A stretch of DNA of 64,000 nucleotides. It comes from an uncultured Thermoleophilia bacterium. Its GTDB lineage: Bacteria; Actinomycetota; Thermoleophilia; UBA2241. Under the pieces are notes generated by a model, which saw only the letters and a list, made by a program, of their open reading frames with translations, ran no database searches and was not told the origin of the DNA. Below are positions 51,646 to 61,681 of this stretch, piece by piece. The translations under genes and the position numbers were made by a program. Where the stretch lies: NCBI GenBank assembly GCA_963702475.1, contig CAVPCT010000005.1, positions 224,001-288,000 of the forward strand, read 5' to 3'. Position 1 is the stretch's first letter; every line of letters begins with the position of its first letter.

Positions 51646-52130
51646 TCCCCCGTGAGCTGTGCCGGCGTGAGGAGCCAGGCCAGCACGCCGCCGTCAAGTG
51701 CCGGACCGCGCACGTCCACGCGCGCCAGCCCGCCTTTCTTCATGTCCACTCGTCCGCCGCCGATGAGCTCGGCGATGGTCAGGCTGAAATCGGGCTCGTG
51801 CCCGACGAGCATCATGCTGGCAACGCCCGGGTGCGCGGCCACCACGTCGCGCAGCACGCCGGTATCGAGGCCGTGGCCGAGGCCGTGGTCCTCGTAGAGC
51901 AGACCCTCTACGCCCAGCTCGCCGGCCACGATCTCGGCCGTCCGGCGCGCCCGCGCCAGCGGGCTCGTGAGGATGAGCCCGACGCCTCTGGTGAGGCGGG
52001 CGATGGCCGGCGCCTCCGCCAAGAGCAGGCGCTCGCCCTCCTCGGTGAGCGGCCGCAGGCCGTCGTCCTCACGCCAGTCGGCGCGAGCCATGGCCTTGCC
52101 GTGCCGGAGGAAGTACAGCCTGAGGGTCAC
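51642..52130 (-). CDS. sixA: SixA-type histidine phosphatase
   Basis: RHG, RPLT, SPLARA, GHEP. Confidence 0.88.
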   Translation of the reverse strand: MTLRLYFLRHGKAMARADWREDDGLRPLTEEGERLLLAEAPAIARLTRGVGLILTSPLARARRTAEIVAGELGVEGLLYEDHGLGHGLDTGVLRDVVAAHPGVASMMLVGHEPDFSLTIAELIGGGRVDMKKGGLARVDVRGPALDGGVLAWLLTPAQLTGE

Positions 52131-54364
52131 TCTTCACCCTGCAGGCGCACGGCCTCCCGGGCCTGCGCCACGAAGTACTCCTGCGCATTGAGCGGCTCCA
52201 CGCCGTCGGCGGGCCAGATGTGCTCCCAGCCGCCGTCGGGGCGCAGGATGCGCGTCTTCATGGTGTCGCTCAGGTAGATCGGCAGGATCTCGTCGCGGAT
52301 GCGCCGCAGGATGCCCCGGTCCTGCACCGGGAACAGGATCTCCACGCGGCGATTGAGGTTGCGGGGCATGAGGTCGGCGCTGCCCAGCAGCACCTCCTCC
52401 TCGCCGCCGTTGCGGAACCAGTAGATGCGACTGTGCTCCAGGAAGCGGCCCACCACGCTGCGCTCGGTGATGTTCTCGCTCACCCCGGGGATGCCGGGGC
52501 GCAGGCAGCACATGCCGCGCACGTTGAGCTCCACCTTGACGCCGGCCTGCGACGCCCGGTACAAGCGGCGGATCATCGGCTTGTCGACCAGGGAGTTCAT
52601 CTTGAGGATGAGGTGCGCCTCCTCCCCGTTCGAGGCGTGTGCGATCTCGCGGTCGATGCGCTCCTCGATGCCGCGGCGCATGTGGGCGGGCGCTACCAGG
52701 AACTTGCGGTAGTCGCCCGTCGTGGAGTACCCGGTGAGCGAGTTGAAGACGACGGAGGCGTCGGCCCCGAGGTCCTCGTCGCAGGTGAGGTAGCCGAGGT
52801 CGGTGTACTGCTTGGTGGTGACGCTGTTGTAGTTGCCGGTGCCGAGATGCACGTAGCGGCGGATGCGGTCGCCTTCGCGGCGCACGATGAGCATGATCTT
52901 GGAGTGCGTCTTGAGGCCCACGAGGCCGTAGACCACGTGCACGCCCTCGCGCTCCAGGCGCTTGGCCCAGCCGATGTTGCTCTCCTCGTCGAAGCGCGCC
53001 TTGAGCTCCAGGAGGACGGCCACCTGCTTGCCGTTGGCCGCCGCCTCCATGAGCGCGTCCACCACCGGCGCGTTGCGGCCAACGCGGTAGAGCGTGGTCT
53101 TGATGGCGAGGACGTCGGGGTCCTCGGCGGCGGTGCTCACGAAGTCGACCACCGGGTCGAACGAGTCATAGGGGTGATGCAGCAGGATGTCGCGGTGGCG
53201 GATGGCGGCGAAGATGTCCGGCGCCTCGGCACCGCCCAGCGCCGCCGGCGTGGCCTGCACGAGCGGTGCGTACGAGAGCTCAGGCCGGTCTATGCGCTGG
53301 AGGTCCCACAGACTGCTGAGGCCCAGCGGCGGCTTCACCGTGTACATGTCCTGGTCGCTGAGCTCCAGGTTCTCCTTGAGGATGCCGCGGATGCGCTCGG
53401 GCATGTTCTCGTCCACCGTGACGCGGATGACCGAGCCGAAGCGGCGGCGGCGCACGAACTTCTCGATGGTCTCGAGGAGGTCGTCTGCCTCGAGCTCCTG
53501 GATGGCGAGCTCGGCGTCGCGGGTGACGCGGAAGTCGTGCGACTCCAGCACCTCCATGCCCGGGAACAGCGCCTGAAGGTTGGCGGCGATGACCTGCTCG
53601 AGCCACGTGTACCAGTACTCGGGCTCGGGCTCCACACCGTCGGCCGACAATGTAGCGTGCCCGGCCGGCGCCGGGACCGGCACGAGACGCGGCACCGGCG
53701 AGCCCGGTACCTTGACGCGGGCGAAACGCTCCTCGCCGCTCTGGTCGCGCACGAGCACGGCGAGGTTGTGGCTCATATTGGAGATGTGCGGGAACGGCCG
53801 TCCAGGGTCGAACGCCAGAGGCGTGAGCACGGGGAAGATCTGCCCCTCGAAATACTTCTCCAGCGCGGCTTGCTGGCTGGCGTCCAGCCGCGCGTAGTCG
53901 ACGATGTGGATGCCGGCCGCGTCGAGCTCGGGCAGCAGCTCGGACCAGACCTGCCGCGCCTCCCTCATGAGGCCGCCGGCGCGCTCCTGCACGATGGGCA
54001 GCAGCTTCTGGGGGGTGTAGCCGTCGGCGGACGCCTCGGTCACCCCGGCCTCCACCTGCTGCCGCAGGCCGGCGATGCGCACCATGAAGAACTCGCCGAG
54101 GATCGACCCGACGATGCCCACGAACTTCACCCGCTCGAGCAGCGGGTTGTTGACGTCGCGGGCCTCGAACACGACGCGCTCGAAGAAGTCGAGCATGCTG
54201 AGCTCGCGATTGATGAACAGCGACGGGTCGCGCAGGTCGGTCTCGGCCCTCTCGGCTGCGACGAGGGACTCGGCGTTGAACTCCTCGTAGGCCGCCTCGG
54301 TGGTCTGCTTCACGACTCTGCGGCCGTGATACTCGTCGGCGCGGCTCCGGATGTCACCCCCCAT
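52127..54364 (-). CDS. ppk1: Polyphosphate kinase 1
   Basis: NRELS, LLHHPY, ELKARFDE, KTHSK, GRFLEHSR. Confidence 0.95.
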   Translation of the reverse strand: MGGDIRSRADEYHGRRVVKQTTEAAYEEFNAESLVAAERAETDLRDPSLFINRELSMLDFFERVVFEARDVNNPLLERVKFVGIVGSILGEFFMVRIAGLRQQVEAGVTEASADGYTPQKLLPIVQERAGGLMREARQVWSELLPELDAAGIHIVDYARLDASQQAALEKYFEGQIFPVLTPLAFDPGRPFPHISNMSHNLAVLVRDQSGEERFARVKVPGSPVPRLVPVPAPAGHATLSADGVEPEPEYWYTWLEQVIAANLQALFPGMEVLESHDFRVTRDAELAIQELEADDLLETIEKFVRRRRFGSVIRVTVDENMPERIRGILKENLELSDQDMYTVKPPLGLSSLWDLQRIDRPELSYAPLVQATPAALGGAEAPDIFAAIRHRDILLHHPYDSFDPVVDFVSTAAEDPDVLAIKTTLYRVGRNAPVVDALMEAAANGKQVAVLLELKARFDEESNIGWAKRLEREGVHVVYGLVGLKTHSKIMLIVRREGDRIRRYVHLGTGNYNSVTTKQYTDLGYLTCDEDLGADASVVFNSLTGYSTTGDYRKFLVAPAHMRRGIEERIDREIAHASNGEEAHLILKMNSLVDKPMIRRLYRASQAGVKVELNVRGMCCLRPGIPGVSENITERSVVGRFLEHSRIYWFRNGGEEEVLLGSADLMPRNLNRRVEILFPVQDRGILRRIRDEILPIYLSDTMKTRILRPDGGWEHIWPADGVEPLNAQEYFVAQAREAVRLQGEE

Positions 54365-54534
54365 CGCCGGCTCACCTCCCACTGTCGTACGCGCGTGTTC
54401 GATTCCGCGCGATTGTGTTCTGAGTCAACCAGTATATGACGTCGCGACTTCCCCGACTATTCCGTACGAAGCGGCGACCCGGTCCGGCTTACCCTACGGT
54501 AACCGGACCGGGTCGCCAGAAGAGCCTGCGCGTG

Positions 54535-54771
54535 TCAGTAGCCCAGGTTCTCCACGCGCTCCACGCCGGGCACCACGTTCTTGAGGTGGCGCTCCACGCC
54601 GTTGGTCAGCGTGAGCTGGGACATCGGGCAGCCGGCGCAGGCGCCCTGGAGGCGTACCTGCACGACGCCGTCGTCCAGGACGTCGACCAGCTCGATGTCG
54701 CCGCCGTCGGCCTGCAGGGCCGGGCGCACGTCACCGAGTGCCTGCTCGACCTGCTCCTTGAGTGTGCTCAT
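54535..54771 (-). CDS. NifU C-terminal (NfuA-like) Fe-S carrier
   Basis: RPALQADGGD and GACAGCP. Confidence 0.92.
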   Translation of the reverse strand: MSTLKEQVEQALGDVRPALQADGGDIELVDVLDDGVVQVRLQGACAGCPMSQLTLTNGVERHLKNVVPGVERVENLGY

Positions 54772-54777
54772 TCGTTG

Positions 54778-55224
54778 TCACCTCCTCGAGGTGCTTGGGC
54801 GGTTGTCGGCGCCCTGGGGGCGCCTCCCCTGATCGGCCAGGGCCGCGAACGTCACGGTCTGAAGCTCCCGCGTGAGGAGCGTCTCGACACCGCTCCAGAA
54901 CTGGTGCGTGTCGCAGGTGTCGTCGCCGCAGGGATCTACCCGCTGGTGACAACGGCAAAGCAGGATCGGACCCTCCACGGCCTCGTAGACATCACGCACA
55001 GTGATGGCGGCCGCCGGCCGGGCCAGCATGACGCCGCCTTGCTGGCCTCGCATCGTGCGCACGAGGCCGGCGCGCGCGAGGTCCTGCACGACCTTCACCA
55101 GACGGGCCCCGGGGATGCGTTGGGCCGTGGCGATGTCGCAGGTGTGCACGACGGCGCCCGGTTCGTGCCGCGCGAGCTCGTAGACGGCGCGCACGGCGTA
55201 ATCGGCCTGGGTGGAGAGTCTCAT
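54778..55224 (-). CDS. Rrf2 family transcriptional regulator
   Basis: MRLSTQADYAVR, RGQQGG, VEG, Cys-rich C-terminus. Confidence 0.9.
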   Translation of the reverse strand: MRLSTQADYAVRAVYELARHEPGAVVHTCDIATAQRIPGARLVKVVQDLARAGLVRTMRGQQGGVMLARPAAAITVRDVYEAVEGPILLCRCHQRVDPCGDDTCDTHQFWSGVETLLTRELQTVTFAALADQGRRPQGADNRPSTSRR

Positions 55225-55240
55225 GGATCCTTTGTACCCC

Positions 55241-55275
55241 AAGTGGTCCACAATGTCCACTTTGATCCAGGTCAA
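55241..55275. promoter_or_regulatory. Palindrome (candidate Rrf2 operator) abutting an FNR-type box
   Basis: AAGTGG-N10-CCACTT (55241-55262); TTGAT-CCAG-GTCAA (55262-55275). Confidence 0.5.
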
Positions 55276-55351
55276 TCCGCGCCGGCCGTCCTCACCCGGC
55301 CGGCGGGGCGCGGCGCCGTGGAGGCGCCGTCCTCGCCGGCGGCCGGCGCCT

Positions 55352-56146
55352 TCAGACCTCGTCCCACGCGTGCGCGATATTGGCCGCATGCACGGCCTCG
55401 TACACGGCGTCCACACGCACGCCCTCGTCGAGGAACCTTGCGGCCGGCAGGTCGAGCTCGTGGCGTCCGGCCCCCTCATCTTTGGCGGACGCCACGGCCT
55501 CGTACACCTCGGTGATGTAGCGTTCGTTGGCGTCGATCAGCGACTTCGGCCGAGGCGCCCCATGTGCCGGCACCACGAGGTCCACCGGCAGCTGCTTGAG
55601 GAGGCGGAGCGTCCGCACCCAGATCTCCGCCGCCTCCCGGTCGCAGAAGCTGGGCAGCGGCCACTCCAGCACGTCCCCGGCGAACAGGACGCCGGCGCCC
55701 GCCAGGTAGACCACCAGCGAGTCGGCCGTGTGGCCGGGCGCGTGGATGAGGTGGACGGTCTCGGGATCGGCGTCGAAGGTGAGGCGGTCGCCGAACGTGA
55801 CGGCGGGCAGGGGCACGCCTTCGGGCGGCTCGGGCGGGACCGTGTCATCGGTGGTGCTCCTCTGCGCCACCATGAGGCGGGGGCACGCTCGATGAGCGAC
55901 GATGTCCACTTCGCGGAAGGCGGCGTTGCCGTACACGTGGTCCCAGTGGTGGTGCGTGTTGACGACCAGGAGCCGCTGCCCGTGCGTCGCCTGGCGCAGG
56001 AGCCCGAGCACCGGCTGCATGTCCTGAGGACCGGTCAGCGTGTCCACGACGAACGCCCGGGATGGAGTGACGATGACGGCGCTGACCGTGGGAAAGCCCT
56101 GAGCCACCACGCGCTCTGTCCAGATGTGGGGCGCCAGGTGCTCCAC
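55352..56146 (-). CDS. MBL-fold metallo-hydrolase
   Basis: THHHWDH, PGHT, GD, PAHG. Confidence 0.88.
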   Translation of the reverse strand: MEHLAPHIWTERVVAQGFPTVSAVIVTPSRAFVVDTLTGPQDMQPVLGLLRQATHGQRLLVVNTHHHWDHVYGNAAFREVDIVAHRACPRLMVAQRSTTDDTVPPEPPEGVPLPAVTFGDRLTFDADPETVHLIHAPGHTADSLVVYLAGAGVLFAGDVLEWPLPSFCDREAAEIWVRTLRLLKQLPVDLVVPAHGAPRPKSLIDANERYITEVYEAVASAKDEGAGRHELDLPAARFLDEGVRVDAVYEAVHAANIAHAWDEV

Positions 56147-56200
56147 GACTCCTCCTCCCCCTCGCGACGCGGCTCCCGCGCGCGCTCGCGTGCCGCCGCT

Positions 56201-57430
56201 TCAGGCGACGGTGACGATGTGGTCCGGGGCCACGGTGAGGGCGATGACCCCCCGCGAGCCCACCAGCCAGGTGTCCTCGGTGCCGATGGCGCCCAGTCCC
56301 GGCAGCACGAACTTGGGCTCGAGCGCGAAGACCATGCCCTCCTCGAGCTCGAGGTCGCTCGCCGCCAGCACCGGCAGCTCGTCCAGCTCCAGGCCCACGC
56401 CGTGGCCGATGAAGCGCACCTGGCCGTCGCCGTGACCCATGAAGCCGTCGGCCAGACCCTCGGCGGCGGCCCGCGCCACCGCGAGCTCGTAGAGGGCGCG
56501 GCAGGTGACGCCCGGGCGGGCCGCGCTCACCACATCGTCGCGCACGGCGCACGCCACCTCGTAAGCGCGGACCAGAGGCGGTGGCAGCTCGCCGAGCGCG
56601 AACATGCGCGTGAAATCGCTCAGGTAGCCCTCGCGCACCGAGACGAAGTCGAACACCACCGGCTCGCCCCGCCCGATACGCCGAAAGCTCACGCCCTGCG
56701 CGACGGCGGGGCTGAGGCCGGTGCCGGCCAGGGGCGTGTCGAGGTAGCTGCCGGCCGCCCCGCTGGGGCCGGTGAGCAGCTGGCCGTAGAACATCTCCTG
56801 GTTGAAGGCGCGCATGCGGATGAAGCCCTCGTGGCCGAGGCGCCGGGCCTCGGCCTCGACCATGCCGGCGAACTGCGCCTCTGTGAGCCCCTCGCGGAGC
56901 AGGCCGGGGACGGCGTGGTAGACCCCGGCCGTGACGGCCGCCGAGGCGCGGATGCGCTCCACCTCCCAGGGCGACTTGACGGCCCGCAGGCGCACGATGT
57001 CGCGACCCACGTCGTGCGCCTCGGCGTCGGGGAACTGCTGCAGAAGACGGCGGGACTCCGCCACCGGCAGCACGTCGAGCTCCAGGCCCAGCCGGGCCGG
57101 CGGCCGGCCGTACCGCGCGACCACCTGTGCGCCGAGGTCGCGCGGGTCGTCGAGAGCGACCACCTGCGACAGCGGCGTCTCGAGGAGCGCGCGCTCGGCG
57201 AGCCTGCGCACGAACAGCGTGACCTCGCCCTCGGCCGGCACGTACAGGAACGAGCGCTGCACCGTGCCGCTGAAGTAGTACAGGTCGGCGTTCTGCACGA
57301 TGAGCGCCGCGTCGAGGCTCCGCGCGCCCAGCACGCGCTGCAGCGCGGCCAGACGGGCGCCCGTCTCCGCGGCCGGGACGAGCGTGGCCGCGGGCTCGAC
57401 CAGCGGCGCGACGCTGCGAGGGCCGGTCAC
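56201..57430 (-). CDS. M24 Xaa-Pro peptidase family protein
   Basis: DFTR, GHGVGL, ALEPK, ED. Confidence 0.88.
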   Translation of the reverse strand: MTGPRSVAPLVEPAATLVPAAETGARLAALQRVLGARSLDAALIVQNADLYYFSGTVQRSFLYVPAEGEVTLFVRRLAERALLETPLSQVVALDDPRDLGAQVVARYGRPPARLGLELDVLPVAESRRLLQQFPDAEAHDVGRDIVRLRAVKSPWEVERIRASAAVTAGVYHAVPGLLREGLTEAQFAGMVEAEARRLGHEGFIRMRAFNQEMFYGQLLTGPSGAAGSYLDTPLAGTGLSPAVAQGVSFRRIGRGEPVVFDFVSVREGYLSDFTRMFALGELPPPLVRAYEVACAVRDDVVSAARPGVTCRALYELAVARAAAEGLADGFMGHGDGQVRFIGHGVGLELDELPVLAASDLELEEGMVFALEPKFVLPGLGAIGTEDTWLVGSRGVIALTVAPDHIVTVA

Positions 57431-57494
57431 CTTTCGCGACCGGGCGGACGGCGGAGGCGGATGATCGCGGGCCGGGACCGCGAGACGCGACGGC

Positions 57495-58466
57495 TCACAT
57501 CACCGGGAACGTCGTGGTGCGCCACAGGACGACGACGACCAGGACGGCGGCGACGGCGGCCAGCAGGGCGGCGTCGCGCGCGGCCCACGGGGCGCGCAGG
57601 TCGCGCCGCCCGAACCACGTGAGCGCCTCGACGGCGAGCACACCGCCGATGAGGCCGCCGATGTGGCCCTGCCACGAGATGCCCGGGATGAGGAACGTGA
57701 TCACCAGGTTGATGAGGATCACGGTGCCCATGCTGCGCAGCGCGCGGCCGGCGGCGCTGTCGCGGTTGTGGATGCTGTACATGAACAGCGCGCCGAACAC
57801 GCCGAAGATGGCAGTGGAGGCGCCGATGGTCACCGAGAACGGCGCCGCCAGCACGTACACGGCCACGTTGCCGGCCACGCCGGCCACGAGGTAGATCGCC
57901 AGATACTTACCCTTGCCGGCCAGCGCCTCCAGGAACGAGCCGCCGAGGTACAGGGCGTACATGTTGAAAGCGATATGGATCAGGCCGCCGTGCAGGAACA
58001 TGGCCGTGAACAGGCGCCAGTACTCGTGCTTGACGGCCACGTAGGCCGGAACCAGGGCGCCGAGGTCCACCAGCGCCTGGCTGCTGCCGCCGCCCATGAA
58101 CCCCACGGCGCCGAACACGAGCTCCACGAGGAAGAGGGCGACGTTGATGCCGATGAGCACCTTGGTGACGGGGGCGCTCCCCGACATGACCCCGGCCCCG
58201 GCGCTCCAGCGCGAGCGCGTCTGGGCGCGCGTGACCACGCGCGCCCTGTCACCCGACGAACGCTGCTCGCGCACGCACTCCGGGCAGCGAAAGCCGACCG
58301 GCGCCGGGATCATGCACTCGTAGCAGATGGGCCGCCCGCAATTGGAGCACGAAACGCCCGTCTCCCGGTCGTGGTGCCGGTAGCAGCGCTGCACCTCCAG
58401 GTCTGGCGGCAGGTGCGTGTCGAAGTCGGGCGGCAGCTCGCCGCCGGGAGAGACCGGGGTGCTCAC
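57495..58466 (-). CDS. Rhomboid protease with N-terminal zinc-finger
   Basis: CYRH...CxxC; HIAFNM, GAS, GHIGG. Confidence 0.9.
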   Translation of the reverse strand: MSTPVSPGGELPPDFDTHLPPDLEVQRCYRHHDRETGVSCSNCGRPICYECMIPAPVGFRCPECVREQRSSGDRARVVTRAQTRSRWSAGAGVMSGSAPVTKVLIGINVALFLVELVFGAVGFMGGGSSQALVDLGALVPAYVAVKHEYWRLFTAMFLHGGLIHIAFNMYALYLGGSFLEALAGKGKYLAIYLVAGVAGNVAVYVLAAPFSVTIGASTAIFGVFGALFMYSIHNRDSAAGRALRSMGTVILINLVITFLIPGISWQGHIGGLIGGVLAVEALTWFGRRDLRAPWAARDAALLAAVAAVLVVVVLWRTTTFPVM

Positions 58467-58900
58467 GAGGCGACCCCCGCGAGAGTCCCGGCGAACAGCT
58501 CCTTGAACCACGCCGGGACGCGCAGGGCACGGCCGGTGGCACGGTCGCACACGGCGTGCCGGGTCCCGGCCGTCGCCAGGAGCAGCCCGTCGCGCGCGAT
58601 CTCGTACTTGAACGAGAACGTCGCCGGCCCCACAGCGTCGACCCACAGGGCGATCTCGACGAGGTCGTCGAGGCGTGCCGGCCGCAGGTACCTGACGTTG
58701 ACGTCTACCACCGGCAGAACGACGCCGCGCGCCTCGATGCCGGCGATGGGATGACCCAGCTCGCGGAGCAGGTCGATGCGCGCCACCTCCATCCACACCA
58801 GGTAGTTGGCGTGATACACGACGCCGGCGGCATCGGTCTCAGCGTAGCGTGCGCGGACGTGCGTGGTGAACCGGGGCGCCTGAGGGGAGGGGTCACTCAT
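58463..58900 (-). CDS. YbgC-family acyl-CoA thioesterase
   Basis: ETDAAGVVYHANY. Confidence 0.9.
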   Translation of the reverse strand: MSDPSPQAPRFTTHVRARYAETDAAGVVYHANYLVWMEVARIDLLRELGHPIAGIEARGVVLPVVDVNVRYLRPARLDDLVEIALWVDAVGPATFSFKYEIARDGLLLATAGTRHAVCDRATGRALRVPAWFKELFAGTLAGVAS

Positions 58901-58914
58901 GGCTCAGAGTGTAG

Positions 58915-58950
58915 CACGGGGGCGGGGAGCCCAAACTCCCCGCCCCCGTG
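58915..58950. terminator. Hairpin after aminotransferase
   Basis: CACGGGGGCGGGGAG / CTCCCCGCCCCCGTG. Confidence 0.65.
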
Positions 58951-58974
58951 CGGACGCTCCGGTGTGTGTGCGGC

Positions 58975-60249
58975 TCAGGCGAACGCGACGCCGGCGGCGT
59001 CGGTGAAGATCTCAAAGGCGTAGTCCATCTCCTCGTCGCTGACGTTGAGCGGCGGCAGGAAGCGGACGCAGTTGCCCAGCGAGCCGGCGCCCATGAGGAT
59101 GAGCTTCCTCTTGGAGCACTCGGCGATGAACGCCTTGGCGGCCACGGCGTTGGCCTCCCTGGTGTCGGGGACGACGCACTCGATGGCGTTCATGAGACCC
59201 ATGCCGCGCACCTCGCCGATGGTGGGGTGCTTGTCCTTGAGGCCGGTGAAGAAGGCGCGGAGCTTCTCGCCCTGACGCTGGGCGTTGACCAGCATGCCGT
59301 CCTCCTCCATCGCCTCGATGGTGGCGAGGGCGGCGGCGCAGGCGACGGCGTTGCCACCGTAGGTGCCGCCCATGGAGCCCGGCAGGGTCTTGCTCCAGAG
59401 CGACTCAGGCGCCGCGATGGCGCCGAGCGGGTAGCCCGAGGCGATGCCCTTGGCGACCGTCATGATGTCGGGCTCGATGCCGTAGTGCTCGTGGCAGAAC
59501 CACGTGCCCGTGCGGCCGAACCCGGCCTGGACCTCGTCCATGATGAGGCAGGCGCCGATCTCGGTGGCGATGGCGCGCAGCTCCTGCATGAACTCCACCG
59601 TCGGGACGATGAAGCCGCCCTCGCCCTGGATGGGCTCGACGATGATGGCGGCCACGTCGTCGCCGTAGATCTCCGCGCGCAGCACGCGGCGCACGTCCTC
59701 GATGGCGTAAGCCGTGGGATCCTCGCTCGCCGGCGTACGGAAGGGATAACAGTACCGCGCGTGATAGACGCTCGGCACCAGCGGCTCGTGGTGGCCGCGG
59801 TAGTGCACGGCGGAGTCGGTGAGCGCCATGGTGAGGTGCGTGCGGCCGTGGAAGGCGCCCTGGAAGGCGATGATGCCGGGGCGCCGCGTAGCCTGCTTGG
59901 CCAGCTTGATCGCGTTCTCGACCGCCTCGGCGCCGGAGTTGGCGAACATGAACTCGTCGTGCGTCTCGGGGACGATCTCGTGGAGCTTCTCGGCGAGCTG
60001 GAGCATGGGGCCATGGCGATAGATGTTCATCTGCGCGTGCGGCAGCTTGGCGGCCTGCTCCTGCACGGCCTTGACGACCTTGGGGTGGCAATGGCCGGTG
60101 TTCACGACGGCGATGCCGACCACGAAGTCGAGCCACTTGTTCCCGTCGGTGTCGTACACCCAGCTGCCCTCGGCGTGGTCGAGCGTGATCGGCGCGACCG
60201 GCCCGAGGAAGTGCGGCATGTGCTTCATGTAGGCGGGCTTCGTGGACAT
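58975..60249 (-). CDS. Class III aminotransferase (GabT-like)
   Basis: SGAEAVE, FHGRT, EPIQGEGG, DEVQ, AKG. Confidence 0.9.
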   Translation of the reverse strand: MSTKPAYMKHMPHFLGPVAPITLDHAEGSWVYDTDGNKWLDFVVGIAVVNTGHCHPKVVKAVQEQAAKLPHAQMNIYRHGPMLQLAEKLHEIVPETHDEFMFANSGAEAVENAIKLAKQATRRPGIIAFQGAFHGRTHLTMALTDSAVHYRGHHEPLVPSVYHARYCYPFRTPASEDPTAYAIEDVRRVLRAEIYGDDVAAIIVEPIQGEGGFIVPTVEFMQELRAIATEIGACLIMDEVQAGFGRTGTWFCHEHYGIEPDIMTVAKGIASGYPLGAIAAPESLWSKTLPGSMGGTYGGNAVACAAALATIEAMEEDGMLVNAQRQGEKLRAFFTGLKDKHPTIGEVRGMGLMNAIECVVPDTREANAVAAKAFIAECSKRKLILMGAGSLGNCVRFLPPLNVSDEEMDYAFEIFTDAAGVAFA

Positions 60250-60432
60250 GGATTCGACCTCCATCGACGACCGTACTCCAAGGCGACAGCGCCGCGCCGA
60301 TGACCTCCCTGCGGCGACGCGCGCATCCTAGCAGACGGTCCCGTCTGTCGTTGTGCCAAGTCCACACACCGAGGGGACGATTGACCGGGGCGCTTTGTCC
60401 ACTCTGTCCAAGGCGAACGGACGTGTTCGCTC

Positions 60433-60478
60433 TTGACAGGTTGTGTGCGAAGGCGGAGAATCGTGACATAATTCACAG
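60433..60478 (+). promoter_or_regulatory. Promoter with Rex-type operator upstream of rex
   Basis: TTGACA(60433)-17-GAGAAT(60456), then TCGTGACATAATTCACAG (60461-60478). Confidence 0.65.
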
Positions 60479-60533
60479 CGTTTGTGCTGTCACGAACACA
60501 GTGGTCCGTCTTTTCAGGGGAGCCGGAGCCGAC

Positions 60534-61577
60534 GTGGTATCGAGGAAGACCGTCTCACGCATGAGCCGCTACCGGCGGCTGTTGTCTTCTCTGCGCGCCA
60601 ACGGCGTGAGCAGCATCTACTCCCATCAGCTGGCACGACACGCCGTCGTCAGCGCCGCCCAGGTGCGCCGCGACCTCATGGTCATCGGGTACTCCGGCAG
60701 CCCCAACCGCGGCTACGACGTCGACGCCTGCATCCAGAGCATCAGCTCGTTCCTCGACGGGACCGCGAGGCAGGAGGTGGTCCTGGTCGGCGTCGGGAAC
60801 CTGGGCCGTGCGGTGCTGGCCCACCTCGAGGGCAAGAGCGCCTCGGTGGCGTTCGTGGCAGCCTTCGACGACGACCTCCAGCTGGCAGACACCGTGGTGC
60901 ACGGCGTGCGCTGCCTTCCGGCCGCGCACATGGAGGACCTGGTGCGGGACCTCGGCGTGCAGATCGCGGTGCTCACCGTGCCGGGCGCGGCGTCTCAGCC
61001 CGTCGCGGACGCCCTCGTGCGCGCGGGCGTGAAGAGCCTCATCAGCTTCTCCCCCGTCCCCCTCCACCTGCCCAACGACATCTTCGTCGAGTACATGGAC
61101 ATCACGGCGGCGCTCGAGTCGGCCGCGTACTTCGCACGGCTCGCCGGCGACGAGGCCGAGTCCGGCACCGCCGCCGATCTGGAGCCCATGGTCAAGAAAC
61201 TGGAATCGCTGCTCGCGAGGTCGAACATGAAACTGGAAGAGCTGGCCGAGCACATCGGCGCGCACGTCGTCACGCCCGGCGACCCGGGCGGCACCGAGGT
61301 GAACAGGATCTACGCGGGCGACCGCGTGAGCGACCTCCTCAACGAGGCCACCGACAAGACGCTCCTGGTCAGCAACCTGGCCAGCGTCCAGATGCTGCGC
61401 GTTGCCGAGCTCATGGACGTGCCCGGCATCTGCTTCGTGAACGGTGTCGAGCCCGACGATGAAGTGGTCGCGCTCGCGCGCGTCAACGGCACCCTGCTCC
61501 TCGTCTCGCCGGCCGGCGTGTTCGAGACCTGCGGCCTCATCTACCAGTACCTCTCCGGGGACCAGCGGGAGCAATGA
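60534..61577 (+). CDS. rex: Redox-sensing repressor Rex fused to a DRTGG-like domain
   Basis: QVRRDL...GYDV, GVGNLG Rossmann motif; then MKLEEL...AGDRVSDLL. Confidence 0.85.
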   Translation: MVSRKTVSRMSRYRRLLSSLRANGVSSIYSHQLARHAVVSAAQVRRDLMVIGYSGSPNRGYDVDACIQSISSFLDGTARQEVVLVGVGNLGRAVLAHLEGKSASVAFVAAFDDDLQLADTVVHGVRCLPAAHMEDLVRDLGVQIAVLTVPGAASQPVADALVRAGVKSLISFSPVPLHLPNDIFVEYMDITAALESAAYFARLAGDEAESGTAADLEPMVKKLESLLARSNMKLEELAEHIGAHVVTPGDPGGTEVNRIYAGDRVSDLLNEATDKTLLVSNLASVQMLRVAELMDVPGICFVNGVEPDDEVVALARVNGTLLLVSPAGVFETCGLIYQYLSGDQREQ

Positions 61578-61681
61578 GCGTCCGTCCGGCACGGGAGCGC
61601 GCGACGCGCACCCCGCAGGGGCGGTCGGCGCATGCCGCGGCCGCAGCCCGAGCGGCTCGCAAGCGCGCAGGAGCCTGACCG

